Source: Podarcis filfolensis (taxonomy: Eukaryota). From it: DNA of 64,000 nucleotides. Numbering within the stretch: position 1 is the first letter of the stretch; each line of letters starts with the position of its first letter. The stretch lies in assembly GCA_964270895.1 (NCBI GenBank), contig OZ185437.1, one strand, 5' to 3'. Under the pieces are notes generated by a model. That model was not told where the DNA came from and did not search any database. It worked only from the letters and a program-made list of their open reading frames with translations. The position numbers and the translations under genes were made by a program. Of the stretch, positions 25,721 through 37,913 are shown piece by piece.

Positions 25721-26329
25721 GTGGCTGACATATGCTTTCTTCTCACTTTTATCTTATGGGGAACAACACCTGCAAGTTTTTACAGCTAGTAAAAAGTCAG
25801 TTTTGGATCAGTCTTCATCATGGGCACTTTAGCACTAATTCAAGTTTTGTTAGTAGTGGATAGCGTGCTTTAAGAAACTTCCCTATTTTGAGTTTACTTA
25901 CATACCTACTTCAGAAGAAAGTATGCACCTTAATCTTCTTGTTTTTGCAAAGCTTTAAGGAATTTATCGTGCATCGCTGCTGCTCTTATTGCAAACACTA
26001 AATCTTTCTCTTCCCACTCCTTATAAATTTGAACATACTTTCTTTCCCAGTGGGCTGCCTGAATTCTAAAGTGGCACAGTCCACAATTACACCACCACAT
26101 CCTGTGTGACATTAAAATACATTCACTTGATTTCATATATAACCTTTTTTCTTTTAAGAAAAGGGGGGGGGACACATTTCCTTCAAAGTACAGATGTGAA
26201 ATCTGAAAAATGTTTGAAGTCAAGAAATCGAATGTTCTGAAGTTCTGCCAGATTTATAATGTGTATGACCTTTAATTCAGATGTAGTAACTGCAGGGGAG
26301 CAAAGACAGGAATTGGTTTTAAGCTCTCC

Positions 26330-26770
26330 CACTCACGGGGGAAGAACTGCAGTTCAGTTTGCATTTAAGGACCATCCTGTCCAATTTACGCTTTCCAAAA
26401 CAAATCACAAACTGAAATACAGACGTCCTCTGAAACACACATTTCTCCAAATCTTGCAGTACTGTCCTCTCTAGCCAAGTAATGTGTTCAAAAATGCATA
26501 CAGAGAGTCCGCAAAAGTGCATAAATTCATGAAAATAGCATGCAAGAATGCATTATATTAGAGGGCATTGGTTTGCACAAAATGTGCATATTAGGCAAAA
26601 TAGCATGCAAAAGTGTATATTTGGGGAGGATTTGCACTAAATTGCAGGTGGTTTTTCATGAGGACTTAAAAAATATTCACAAAATGATGTGGAAATGTAG
26701 AGAACTGAAATAAAGACTGGAATCATTGAGGAACAGAGAGAAACCAAAATCGACAGATTTGCCCCTCTCA
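26330..26770. mobile_element. Probable lizard non-autonomous interspersed repeat (unclassified)
   Basis: Repetitive AAAATGCATA/AAAATAGCATGCA motifs; a similar segment appears reversed at about 14640-14840. Family not identified. Confidence 0.4.
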
Positions 26771-28010
26771 ACTACTGGCAACTGTATTTAGCTTGGGGTT
26801 CTCTGGACACCACATCCTGCGAAAGGTTACAGAGACAATGCTTGCATGGCAAAACCTGTCTGAGCCCTGGGAGTAAAGGTTGCAAAGCAGCTAAATAAGA
26901 AGAAATGGGAAAGGCAGGGGACAGGTTTGCTTTAAAATGCAAACAAAACCCAGCAGAAAACTGTTTTAGCTATTCCCTCCACTAGCCTTCATATACAGTG
27001 TGTCAGGCCTTGCCGTTGTTCACATAAATACCTTCTGACTCATGCATGAATCTGCCCATAGAGATACACTTTGCAGTGGCCATTTATCACTAAATATTAA
27101 CTTCACTTTCTTACTTGTTTTCCTTCCCCTTTCACTGATACCTAGCTCTGACTGAAGAGGCAAATCTGTGTGTGGGCTGCATCACTCGTGAGCAGCTTTG
27201 TACAAAAAAACTCCCTGTTCACAGAAAGCTAGCACATCTGGGAGAACTCTTCACCATGTGCTAGCATTTTGTGTGCAGGGATTTTTAAAAATTATTATTT
27301 TTGCATGTCACATGAACTGCCAGCTACTATCTGAAGTGGTACAGTCAGTCAGGATCAGATTCACCCGAGAAGTCCAAACTATATGTTGAATAGAGTTCCA
27401 TGTAATTTTCCCTGGAAATACAGTTTTTAAATTAAAAACAGCTGCAGTCAGCAGCACAGGAATAATGGGTATACACAGGGTGTTTAACAGTTCCCCTCTT
27501 ATCATGGTTTGTCCTCTCAAAATGTCCCCCAAGCTGGTTTACCTCACCCCACCCAGTCGGGGTTAATTTCAGGATAGGCAAGGTGCCTCCCAGCCAGTGG
27601 TTGCTCCCTCAAACTGGGAAATGAAAAGATATAAGTAGTATCAATATAGGAAACTGACATTTCTTTCCTTTTGTTCTTTCTGTGTTTTCTCTTTTATTCT
27701 TGTCCTCTTCTTCCTCACTTGCTTCAGGCAGCTTCAGCCTTCATCCTAACAAACAGCTTTTCTGTCCATGTACACAGTGCTTTGCATCATAAATATCAAT
27801 TTCTTGCATTCAGTAGCAGCAAGGCCCAATGTGGTGGTTGGTTATTTGTTAAAGCGAAGCATCTGGTACATATGCACCCATGCCAGTACATGTACTTAAT
27901 CAGAACACAAAGGCAGCTTTTTAATGTACCATTCCTGGGCTGTGAGCTGCAAAAACAGCTGTACCAGCTCGGGGGAACCTCCAAACCATGGTCCAGATTA
28001 ATAACAATAT

Positions 28011-28452
28011 AATAATAATAATAATAATTTATTATTTATACCTCACCCATCTGGCTAGGCTTCCCCAGCCACTCTGGGCAGCTTCCAACAAAATATTAAA
28101 ATACAGTAATGCATCAAACATTAAAAGCTTCCCTAAACAGGGCTGCCTTCAGTTGCCTTCTAAAAGTCTGGTTGTTGTTGTTCTCTTTGACATCTGGTGG
28201 GAGGGCGTTCCACAGGGCGGGTGCCACTACCAAGAAGGCCCTCTACCTGGTTCCCTGTAACTTGGCTTCTCACAGTGAGGGAACCGCCAGAAGGCCCTCG
28301 GCGCTGGACCTCAGTGTCCGGGCAGAATGATGGGGGTGGAGACGCTCCATCAGGTATACTGGATCAAGGCCGTTTAGGCTTTAAAGGTCAGCACCAACAC
28401 TTTGAATTGTGCTTGGAAATGTACTGGGAGCCAATGTAGGTCTTTCAAGACC
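28011..28452 (-). mobile_element. L2 LINE 3' fragment with (AAT)n tail
   Basis: Closely similar to 48487-48840, whose minus strand encodes an L2-type ORF2 C-terminus. Confidence 0.87.
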
Positions 28453-29273
28453 AGCAAAGGTGCTGATTTGATTCATTTTGCCCCAAATCATGCCCATCTG
28501 CCCAACATCTGGCACCGTATGTTCTGGCAGGTATGGAGGTTCCACCTCATTAGGGCTTAGGATAGAGAACCAGTCAGCAGAGCCATCCATGCTGGCCAAT
28601 AGGTGTCCAGCATACCTGTAGCAGGAAAACAAGGCTGGCATTGTCTTGGAGCAGATCTGGACTGCCTCCCACATGCGCTATGCCATGTTTCCTGCAGCTG
28701 AGAGACTGCCAGTTCCTCCCCATGCCCTGAGAAACTGACCACCATTGTCTGCTATGGACAGGTCGAGGGCCCACCCAGAGAATTGCAGCACACACAATTG
28801 ACATGGCCTGTTATGCCAAGGCAACAACATCTCTGCTGTGTGTCTGCCTTCCAGTGATGATTCAGGGTTTTGATGTTAGTTTAAAGAAAATAAACAACCC
28901 CCAGTAAAGCAGCATGCTTCATGCGTTCATTGTCAGTTTGGAGTTGCAGAAACTGCGAGTGAGCGGAGACCACAATGGGTTGTTGCTGAAATGCCCATGG
29001 ATTCCTTGTCTGTGCGGGCAGGGGTTGCTAATCCTCAAATGACAACTTCTAAATCTTTGTTTTGTAAACAAGCCATAAGAGGTGCCAATTGGAGCAGTGT
29101 CCTCTTTTGCTGTCTTACCAAGGGGAACGCGCACCATACTGCGTGAACAAAGCCCATCAACCCATAATTACACTTCAAATGTGACATTTCCTCTAAACCC
29201 TTTGCATAAGGATATAAGCATGCCTGTTTTCTGCAGAGGACATGCAAGTATCAGCACGCCTGCATGTGCATGT

Positions 29274-29297
29274 ACACACACACACACACACACACAC
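29274..29297. repeat. (AC)12 microsatellite
   Basis: Direct reading. Confidence 0.95.
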
Positions 29298-29338
29298 TGC
29301 TAATTTGCCACCAGTTTTGAGAACAAATTATCTGTAGT

Positions 29339-29496
29339 TTAAGGGTACTGAGAATTGTTTCGATAACCAACATTCCCCTCACAGAGCTACAGTTCCCAGA
29401 GTTCCCTGGGAAGAGGGACTGATTTTTAAACCACTCTGGGAATTGTAGCTCTGTGAGGGGAATAGGGGGGTCTCCTAACAACTCAGCTCCCTTAAC
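29339..29496. mobile_element. Foldback (palindromic) MITE-like repeat
   Basis: Inner arms 29372-29402 and 29433-29463 are 31-bp inverted repeats with one mismatch; outer arms TTAAGGGTACTGAGAATTGTT / AACAACTCAGCTCCCTTAA. Confidence 0.75.
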
Positions 29497-30289
29497 ACAC
29501 AACAATTCCCGGGATTGTCTGGAGGAAGACACCAAAAGTGGTCTAATAGTGCTTTTAATTTATGGTGCAGATGTGACTTCTATTCCTCCCCCAGTTTTCC
29601 ATTTGTTTCCCCCCCCCCTCCAAAAAAGAAAGAAAATCCCTTTCATGCTAAGTCGTTTTGGGGCAGGTTTTTTTGGGGGGGGCTATTTAATGTGTTTTCA
29701 AAAGCTTACTTTTCATACTTCTGAAAACCTTGGGGCTCCCTGAGAATGCTGACATCTCCTTTTTGCTTCTCAGTTGCCCGCTTTCAGCTCCATTCCTCTT
29801 GGCCCACACAATCTGTGTTTGCTATTATGTGGGAGGAGGGAAGAGAGGAGAAGAAGAAATATCACAACACAAACTTTGCATTTCTTGTAATGTCTAATTC
29901 CACCCAAAAGCCACCTAGTACAGGGCTGGCCCACCCATGAGGCAAGGTGAGGCAACTGCCTTGAGAGGCAGGATCCACAGTGGGGGGCAGATCTGGCCTC
30001 CAATGAAAGCATCTGCTGCTGCCAGATCTGCCACCTTCTCAGCAGTGCTGCCTTCTCAGCAAACCCTCTGGGCATTAGGAGTCACTGCTGGTCTCCTCCC
30101 AACCCTAGGGAAGAAATGACAGGGGCTGCCCTCTGGGGTTTCTTGGGCTCTGGACTCACCTAGCACGATTCAGATCAGGCCCTTTCTCCCCCTGCAATGG
30201 CCTTTGGCTGCCACTTCAACTGTCAGGTAAGGTTGATTCAATTCTCCTCCTTGTTCCCAATGTGGATCTTCACTCACCCCTTCTTTATT

Positions 30290-30375
30290 TGGTTTATTTG
30301 ATTGTTTGATTATTTGATTGTTGTTAGCCGCCCTGAGCCCGGCTTCGGCTGGGGAGGGCGGGATATAAATAAAAT

Positions 30376-30406
<31 letters not shown>

Positions 30407-30407
30407 T
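30290..30407 (+). mobile_element. L2-type 3' tail fragment with (ATTT)n
   Basis: TTGTTAGCCGCCCTGAGCCCGGCTTCGGCTGGGGAGGGCGGGATATAAATAAA followed by (ATTT)n at 30374-30407. Confidence 0.7.
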
Positions 30408-31254
30408 TATTCCCTGGAGGAGTGGGACGTCGTTTTGTGGTTTGTCTCAGGTGACAAAATGTATTGACCTAGTAGTGGATTCATGGCAGACTTGGGATTT
30501 GAAATGGGATCTCTAGCTCACCATCAGTCGCTACCCTATAGCAACCCAGTAGGCAAGTGTCCACTGGGGAGAAATACTTGCCGATTCATCACAACTTGTG
30601 AATTGGATTTGGAGATGTGAGGAGCCTCAAAGAAAAACGCGGGCAGTCCATTTTTGCTCTTGGGAACTGTGAGCTGGTACATCAATAAGTTCTAGCTGTT
30701 GTCTGTGCTAAACACCCAGCCTCTTTGTTTCCATATTCCCAAAGACCGCAGCACAATAGGACACAACTCCCTGCTCTGTAGATTAGCCACAGCATCACAA
30801 GTGGTGGTGGCACTCTCTCATTCTGCAGGGGCATAACTCTTTTGATAGGGAATTCAGTGCCCCTGGGGCAGCAGGAGTAGGCCACAACAGAAGCAAGAGG
30901 GGGGAACTGGCATGGTTTGCAGAAGTACCAAAAATATTTTTAAAAGGTGGCAAAACCCACACACGAAAAGGCCAATGAGGATTGGCATGCTCACTTTCTA
31001 TCAGGAACCACTGAACGTTGAATGTCAGCTGGAAAAGAAAAATGGAAAATAGATAGAGGATATTGATTTCATTTACTTGAACTAACTCCTAACAGTTTGT
31101 AGTAACCCAGAAGAAGGCATTATTGGCTGGCTGGATGAGAGGAATCCTGAACAAGATGATTCCTGTAGGGGTTTGAGTGTAGTAGTAGCAGCAGTAGTAG
31201 TATTTACTACTTGCATCCCAAAAATGGTTTCTAAGCAGTTTATAAGTAGGAAAT

Positions 31255-31545
31255 CAATTATAAAATAGCCATACATGATGAAAATACACAATAAGAAAAT
31301 TTCATCAAAACATTAAAAACATTCATAATTAAAATATACGATACAACAAGCTCATTGAAAAGCATAACAATTAAAACAGTTAAAAGAACGTTTAGAACAT
31401 TAGATCTGAACGTTCCAAGCTCAAGGTGTGTCTTCAAGAGCCGGCAGAATGCCAATACTGATGGGCTTCTCATGGACCACAACACTGGTGCCACCAGTGA
31501 AAAAGCCTGCCTCCATGTTACTGTCTTAGTGATAAGGCTGTGGCA
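31255..31545 (-). mobile_element. Old L2 LINE 3' fragment
   Basis: Minus-strand peptide AFSLVAPVLWSM...SVLAFCRLLKTHL resembles the L2 ORF2 C-terminus. Confidence 0.6.
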
Positions 31546-34500
31546 TTTGTTGCACAGCCAACCTGCGTTTCTGCATTAGTGACAGTAATCAAAATTCCCT
31601 TACAAGTTTCTTGTCAATGCTGCTACTAAATAACATGACATGCAATAAATTTTTCATAGAAGTCATTAGACTGACTATTAAATTCTAGCTGATGTGTTAC
31701 GTCTAATGTTTGTTGGTGGGCATGCCAATTTTTCATATATTTTGGCACCACTGTTCTTTGAGCGTGGGGAAGGGCGAACAGTAGAGGGCAGGGCATCCAA
31801 TTTGAAAGAGCAATGCACAATTGGGTAGGGCTCTCAGAAGGATCTCATAATTCCTGCTATGAGTGATGTTTTCATTCTTCAGATAACACAGCCCACTCCA
31901 GAGAGCTGGCATACTCCTAAGTATATAAGAGCGTATGGAGCTCCATCAAACAGGCCCTGGAGCAGAGAATTAAATCTCATTGTGATTTACTGTCTTCATT
32001 TCTCTGCCAGGTATTTCTCTTTGGGGATTGCAAGCCAATAGCTAAGGGCTGTGCTCCCAGGGAGGAGATAATTTCTTAGCCCTTTAATGCAGCTTGATCT
32101 CATTTCCATGTATCACGTCATGAAATGAAGGCAGGGGTGGTTTATTTTTTATTTTTAGAACCACGCTTTCAGAATTGGCCAGCTCAAGTAAGAAAAGTTG
32201 GCTGAAAGGAAGAAGCTCACAATCATTCTGGAATCTTGCACACTTTAAAGCTGGGAGAAAGAAGCACACACATTTCACTACCTAGCCCTAAGAGTAAGCC
32301 AACTGTAGTTTAGATGCTCATAATTCTAGTGTTCTATACTTTTGTAAACCGATTTTCAAACCCCCTGGGAGATAAAAACAGCTGGCCAGAATTTAACAGC
32401 AAAAGAGGTAGCACAGGAATATTAAACCCTCCCTTCCCCCTACCTCTGCCTTCTCCAGTGAAAAACACCTTTTCAAGACTACTTTGAACAGAGAAAGGGC
32501 CAATCAGTGCTTTGCTACACAATTGCAGTGTAAGATGTAGCTTTCCACTTAAGAGTTATGTTTGATCAAATGCAAACGGTGATTTAGTTCTCACCAAATT
32601 ATCCACTTTATTTGTGCAGTTCAATAACATTCAACATTATTCCTTATTATTAGTAGGAAGTCTTAAGCATGTATCACAGAGGTTGAAATGTAGTTGGAAC
32701 AGATGGGTGATTCCTCTCCAGTGAGTATACAGTTCCTTTTTGGGTAGCAATAACCATTCATCAAATGTATTCTGTGAATTACCGGTACGCATGAACAATC
32801 AATTATTCATAGTCTTCTGTTTTCCAACTTAAAAACCAAAACCAAAAAAACAATTCCCCTCATGGCATATTCAGTATGTTGTGATAAAAACATTATCAAT
32901 TCCTATTTGGCATTCTGACTTACCTGACTGAACAGGGCAGCAAAGAGAAAGGTGACATTGACACTTACTGGGTGAAATAAGAGCTTGGAAAATTATATGC
33001 AGGGTTCAGGTAGAGCAGGTGACTGTAAAAATTGCATTTTAACACCTGGAATGGAAAAACATTCCCCTAAATGACTGTAGTGTGTTATCTGTAAAATAGC
33101 CGGACGTGTGTGTTTTCAAAACACTTTTCTCTGAAAGTTGCCAAATTAGGATTCTGGAAGAGGGTTATAATTTCGTTTTGTATGTTAAAATCATAATCTA
33201 AACTCGATTAAATATCACTTATGCTGGGAAATATATAAAAGGTAATTGTTTGTATCCTCCCTTAAGGGTCATGTTGGCTCCTTCTTGAGGCAGAATGCCT
33301 ACCTGCACCAGGTAAAAGCAGTTTATGGCGATGAGCATCTTTAGGACTAAATGGATTATTTAGGAGATAGGTTTAACTACCACCTTACTTGCATTGCCCC
33401 TGATTGATTAGACATAACCTTTGTTCTGATTGGTCCTTGACTCTTTATCATCTTGAATCAGTTTTTTCTAGCCTCCTGTTATGAGCAGCTATGTAGAACA
33501 AGTTCCTTCCTCTTCTTTGCAAGGTTGTGATGCCTCCAACTGAAGTGGAAGTGCTTTTTGTACCTCAGAAAACAAGTAACCCGTGCCAGTACTGGCGAAC
33601 CAAAGTGGTATAGCTGATAGAGTGCTGGACTTAGAGCAGGAAGACTTAAATTCAAATCTGTGTTCAGCCATAAAGGTCATTTGGTGATCTTGGACCAGTT
33701 ACTATCTCTTAGTCTAGCCTACCTCTTCTAGGGATGTTGTGTAGATAAAGAAGAGACTAGATATTGTTCCTTAGAAGACAGGTGTGATACAGATATAATA
33801 AATCCCCATTGCAAGAACCAGAAACCAACTATATAATTATGTTTATTAGGTGAAAAATTGCAGTGATGTAAACGATTTGGAGCCAGCACAGGATTCGTAG
33901 GCAAAAGTCACAAACCAGCTACATAATTTATTTCACTAGGTGTAGATTTGCAGTAGTGCAATAGGTCTAGAACCAGCATTACATTGGCAAGAGGAGCAGG
34001 GCCGGTTCACTTGTCCTTTCCTACCAAAATGAAGTAGCTTCAGAATCACTATTGTTTGCACCACTGAAGCTGATGCATCTTGTTAGAACTAGTCTTCCTC
34101 CCGATTTTCACTGTGTCAGTGGGGGCACTGGTTTTTTTTTTTTTTCATTTTTAACTCTTTGGGCAGTTAACGAGCACAAGGCCAATGAAGATCTCGAAGC
34201 ACTTTGCACTTGAAAATTGTTATGTGATTTCCCCTGCACTTGGTTACATGACTTGCGCAGTGGTCCTAGTGACTTTAAACCAGGCATGGATAATTGTGCA
34301 CCAGATTTCACGCTCCCTGAATGATGAGAAATATTCCCCTCTACTCAGCAAGGGCACATGTGGAAGCTTGCACATCCCCTGATGAATTTGGAATCATGGA
34401 AGACTTCTTCTGTGCTGCATATATGGATCAAACACTCAGGGGAAGCACCTGCCATTCACAACACTTTAGTGGGAATTTTATGCGTAGCACCAAACAGCTC

Positions 34501-34657
34501 AGCGCTCTCAGATTTGACCACCTGATAAGAAGTGGGATGGGGGAACCTGGGCTTGGATATGGGCACTCCAGACCCAAATGGCTGAATAGTGCTGCATTGG
34601 CAGATCTATGCCCAGGGAGCCACTATGGCCCATAGCGAGAGTCATATGGCACATGGC

Positions 34658-34905
34658 GAGAGCCAGTGTGGTGCAGTGGTTAAGAGTGGTAGTCTCGTAA
34701 TCTGGGGAACCGGGTTCGCGTCTCCGTTCCTCCACATGCAGCTGCTGGGTGACCTTGGGCTAGTCACACTTCTCTGAAGTCTCTCAGCCCCACTCACCTC
34801 ACAGAGTGTTTGTTGTGGGGGAGGAAGGGAAAGGAGAATGTTAGTTGCTTTGAGACTCCTTCGGGTAGTGATAAAGCGGGATATCAAATCTTCTTCTTTT
34901 TCTTC
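34658..34905 (+). mobile_element. Young Squam3-type SINE, full length
   Basis: GAGAGCCAGTGTGGTGCAGTGGTTAAGAG...GGGTTCGCGTCTCC...GGGATATCAAATC(TTC)n; near-identical to 21600-21899. Confidence 0.85.
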
Positions 34906-36313
34906 ATATACTTGGGGGGCAATATTGATTGAGAGTGGTTTGTGACTTTTACAGTCATCCCTCCATGGCACCAAATACTCTTGCAAAAGCAAGAATCACG
35001 CAAGGCAAGCGTTAAACCATCAACGCATCACTATGTTAAGAGCGCAAGTGAAGCACTATCCTGTAAAACGATAGAGTTTGCATAAGCCCTGGTTGGCCAC
35101 GCTTTTGCTGACATGTGCTGTTGAGGTTAGCCGCAACCCCGTAGTTAAGTGAAAGAGAGTAATCATCCTCTCAATTTGCTTTGCAGTCTAAGAGAGGATT
35201 GCAGGGTAAGGAGACAAATTGTTTTCGTTGCCTTTCAGCGGAAAGTGCTAATGGAATAAGGCCTCTGGTGTTGACTGCTTTCTCTCACTTCCTCTCCACC
35301 TCATGTTCTGGTTTGGCCTCCAATCATTAGATGCTAAGGGCTGTCTAAGAGCATGTTAGAATACAGACAATAGCTACACATATCGACAGAGCCTTCTTCC
35401 CTATCTGGCCAGCCTGTTTGTGCTGTCTGTGCATTCAGAACAATGGACCAGGACTAGTCCTACCATTAGAAGACTTGTTTACTTGAGATGCAAGTGGGAA
35501 GCTTGTGCAGGCAGCGATCCAAATTAACTTTGGCTCTCTGAAAATGACGTTCGTTTCTCTCCAGCTATGCCAGCAAATAATTGTTTGGGGAAAGGGCACA
35601 TCAACAGCTTCAGGAGGCCATCTCAAGTAAATGACATTATAGAATCGTCGAAGGTATGTTTGGTTTTTGGAGGCAGATTGCTGGCACAAACGTCTAGGTC
35701 TGAGTTGCTGTTGTCAGCTTTGCATCTATGTCTGTTTGTAGTAAAAACGAGGAGGCAGGGAATTATTACACATTTCCACAGAAATCTTCTTTTATGTTTT
35801 TTAATAAAAAATGTGGAAGGAGATGTGTTATATTGGCTTTCTCATTCTTGCTCCTAATTAGCAGTCCACAGTTGCCTGGAAACACAATTTAGTGCCATGT
35901 GTTGGCTGTAGCTGCATAGATAAGAGAATGTTCAGCCTCGTGTGCCTCCTTTACCTCTTTGGCTACACTGGCATTTGTCGTTAGTTTTAATAACATAGCA
36001 CCTTCTCCTTTTTTTCTCCTTCATTTTAATAAAGTGATACTATGCAGCAGTTGCATCTGTACAACCACCCCTGAAGGAGTCTGTTTGTGCAGTAGAATAC
36101 AGAGCTGGAGATTAGAGTTCCAACGCCCCAAAAATGATAGTTATTAGAATTTGGCCTCCCGGCTCTGCAAAATGTACCCAGTTCAGGTATAAAATGATTG
36201 TTGTAACAATTATTAATTGGAAAAAACTATTACCATACCCTGTGACATAGGTTAGGCTGAGAGGCAGTAGCTAGCCCAAGGTCAGCCAATGAGTTTCATG
36301 GTAGAATGGGGAT

Positions 36314-36614
36314 CTTTCTTTCTTTGGTGATCACTCATAGCTGAGTAAAATTGTCTTCCATAAACATGGTTTTAACAGTGGGTCCGTAAGTGATTGTGGA
36401 GGCCAATTCTGGATCCACACGTCCTTCCACATTGGGGTCATAGATATCCAGATGGGAGTTGATCATGGTGAGGGTTTGCCAAGCGTACTTTCCTCTTACC
36501 ATGTTTCTCCTTTGTGTCCTGAGTTCGAGCGTCTTCAAAGCCCATGACACCTTTGGTAAAAGCTGTTCTCCAACTGGAGCGCTCGCAGGCCAGTATTTCC
36601 CAGTTGTCGGTGTT
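36314..36614 (-). mobile_element. RTE-clade LINE 3' fragment
   Basis: Minus-strand translation NTDNWEILACERSSWRTAFTKGVMGFEDARTQ...GYL*PQCGRTCGSRIGLHNHLRTHC*: RTE ORF C-terminal C2H2-like motif with one premature stop; (GAA)-like tail. Confidence 0.8.
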
Positions 36615-37860
36615 CAAAAGGCTGCTCCAGGGAATCTCCCTCTCCTGCTGTGACGAGCTCCTCTCCCCCCTTGTCTCTAAACAGGATAATGAGGAGGGTG
36701 GAACAGAGGCCAGAGGTGGGCAGATGCAGTTTGAGACTGCTTGGGAAACATCTAGGAGAGGAGGAGCCTTAGAAGGGATGGAAAGCAGGGATCTTCAGTC
36801 CCGGCAAATGCTCCATAGAGGCAAGACCTACTGGGAAGTGTTGCTGAGTTGTATGCCATTTCCTTGAATAAAGAGTTACCTTCACTGACAACAGAGCCCT
36901 GCGTCTTTCGAGCTGACCTGCTCCTGACCCCTTACCTGTAGAGCCCTATATCTGAAACTGAAGGAGTCTGTTTGTGCAGTAGAAACCAGAGTTGGAGGGC
37001 AGATTGTCCTCCGCCCAAGAATTCTCGTTATTTCAGTTTGGCTTCCCGCCTCTGCAAAATCTCCCCAGCCTTGGTATAAAATGATTGCTGTAGCGATCAT
37101 TAATGGAACAAACTATTGCAAATATTCATGGGGCGGGAGGAACCAATCACAGCTATGTCACAGCCTTGTAACTTTTCATAGCTATCTTTTGCTTGGAGTA
37201 AATGAGTTTTATTGTAAGCATGAAGGGCAAACATAATAGGCTTTTGGCTTAGTATGAGGAAGCACATCTCTCTCTGTGTGCTTGTGCTTCTCCAACAATG
37301 TGTTCTTTGCTGTTGGATCTAAATTATGAAAAGAGAGAAGAATGCAGTGCTGATAACAACCTTAGCAAAGCACTTTCTGATGAAATTCGAAAGTAGATGG
37401 GAAGGGAGTCACACTAGGTTGGCCGATTTCATAGAACCAAAGGTAATCAAGTTTGATACTCCATCCATTAATGCCTACTTGCTTTCTGCAGTCCTCAACA
37501 GAAAAGAAAGATAGTCACAACAGCAACAAAAAAAACACAAAAGACCTGCCCAGGCTACATCTCTCAGAAGTTGGGTTTTTTATCCCAGCTTTCCTTGTGC
37601 TATAGATACTGCAGGTTTGGCTGCTGCTGTTTTGACCACTGTTTTCTCTGTGTTTCCATGTTCTAATGTTCATTATTTGTTGCGTATTATTTTGTCCATA
37701 TTGTAAACCTATGGTGAAGGGTGGTACATTCACCATTCAAAAGATAGGTAGGTCCAACAGGTAGACAACAGCTTCAGAGTGCACCATAGCATGCAAGTCT
37801 ATAAAAAAAGAATAAATGAACTGAGATAGTTCAAGCAGACAGTCTCCCATATTATGCAAT

Positions 37861-37913
37861 ATGAAAACATATATATGTGCATGAAAACATATATATGTGC
37901 ATGAAAACATATA
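37861..37913. repeat. 20-bp minisatellite ATGAAAACATATATATGTGC, about 2.6 copies
   Basis: Direct reading, two perfect units plus a partial third. Confidence 0.93.

Noticed and set aside
32900-32920. Antisense donor-like ACTTACCTG suggesting an exon of an antisense lncRNA
   Set aside because: A single 9-mer without an identifiable acceptor or transcript evidence; such motifs occur by chance.
33141-33150. CArG boxes CCAAATTAGG (also 10272-10281) as SRF sites for cardiac expression
   Set aside because: Several CC(A/T)6GG matches are expected by chance in 64 kb of AT-rich DNA; no supporting clustered motifs.
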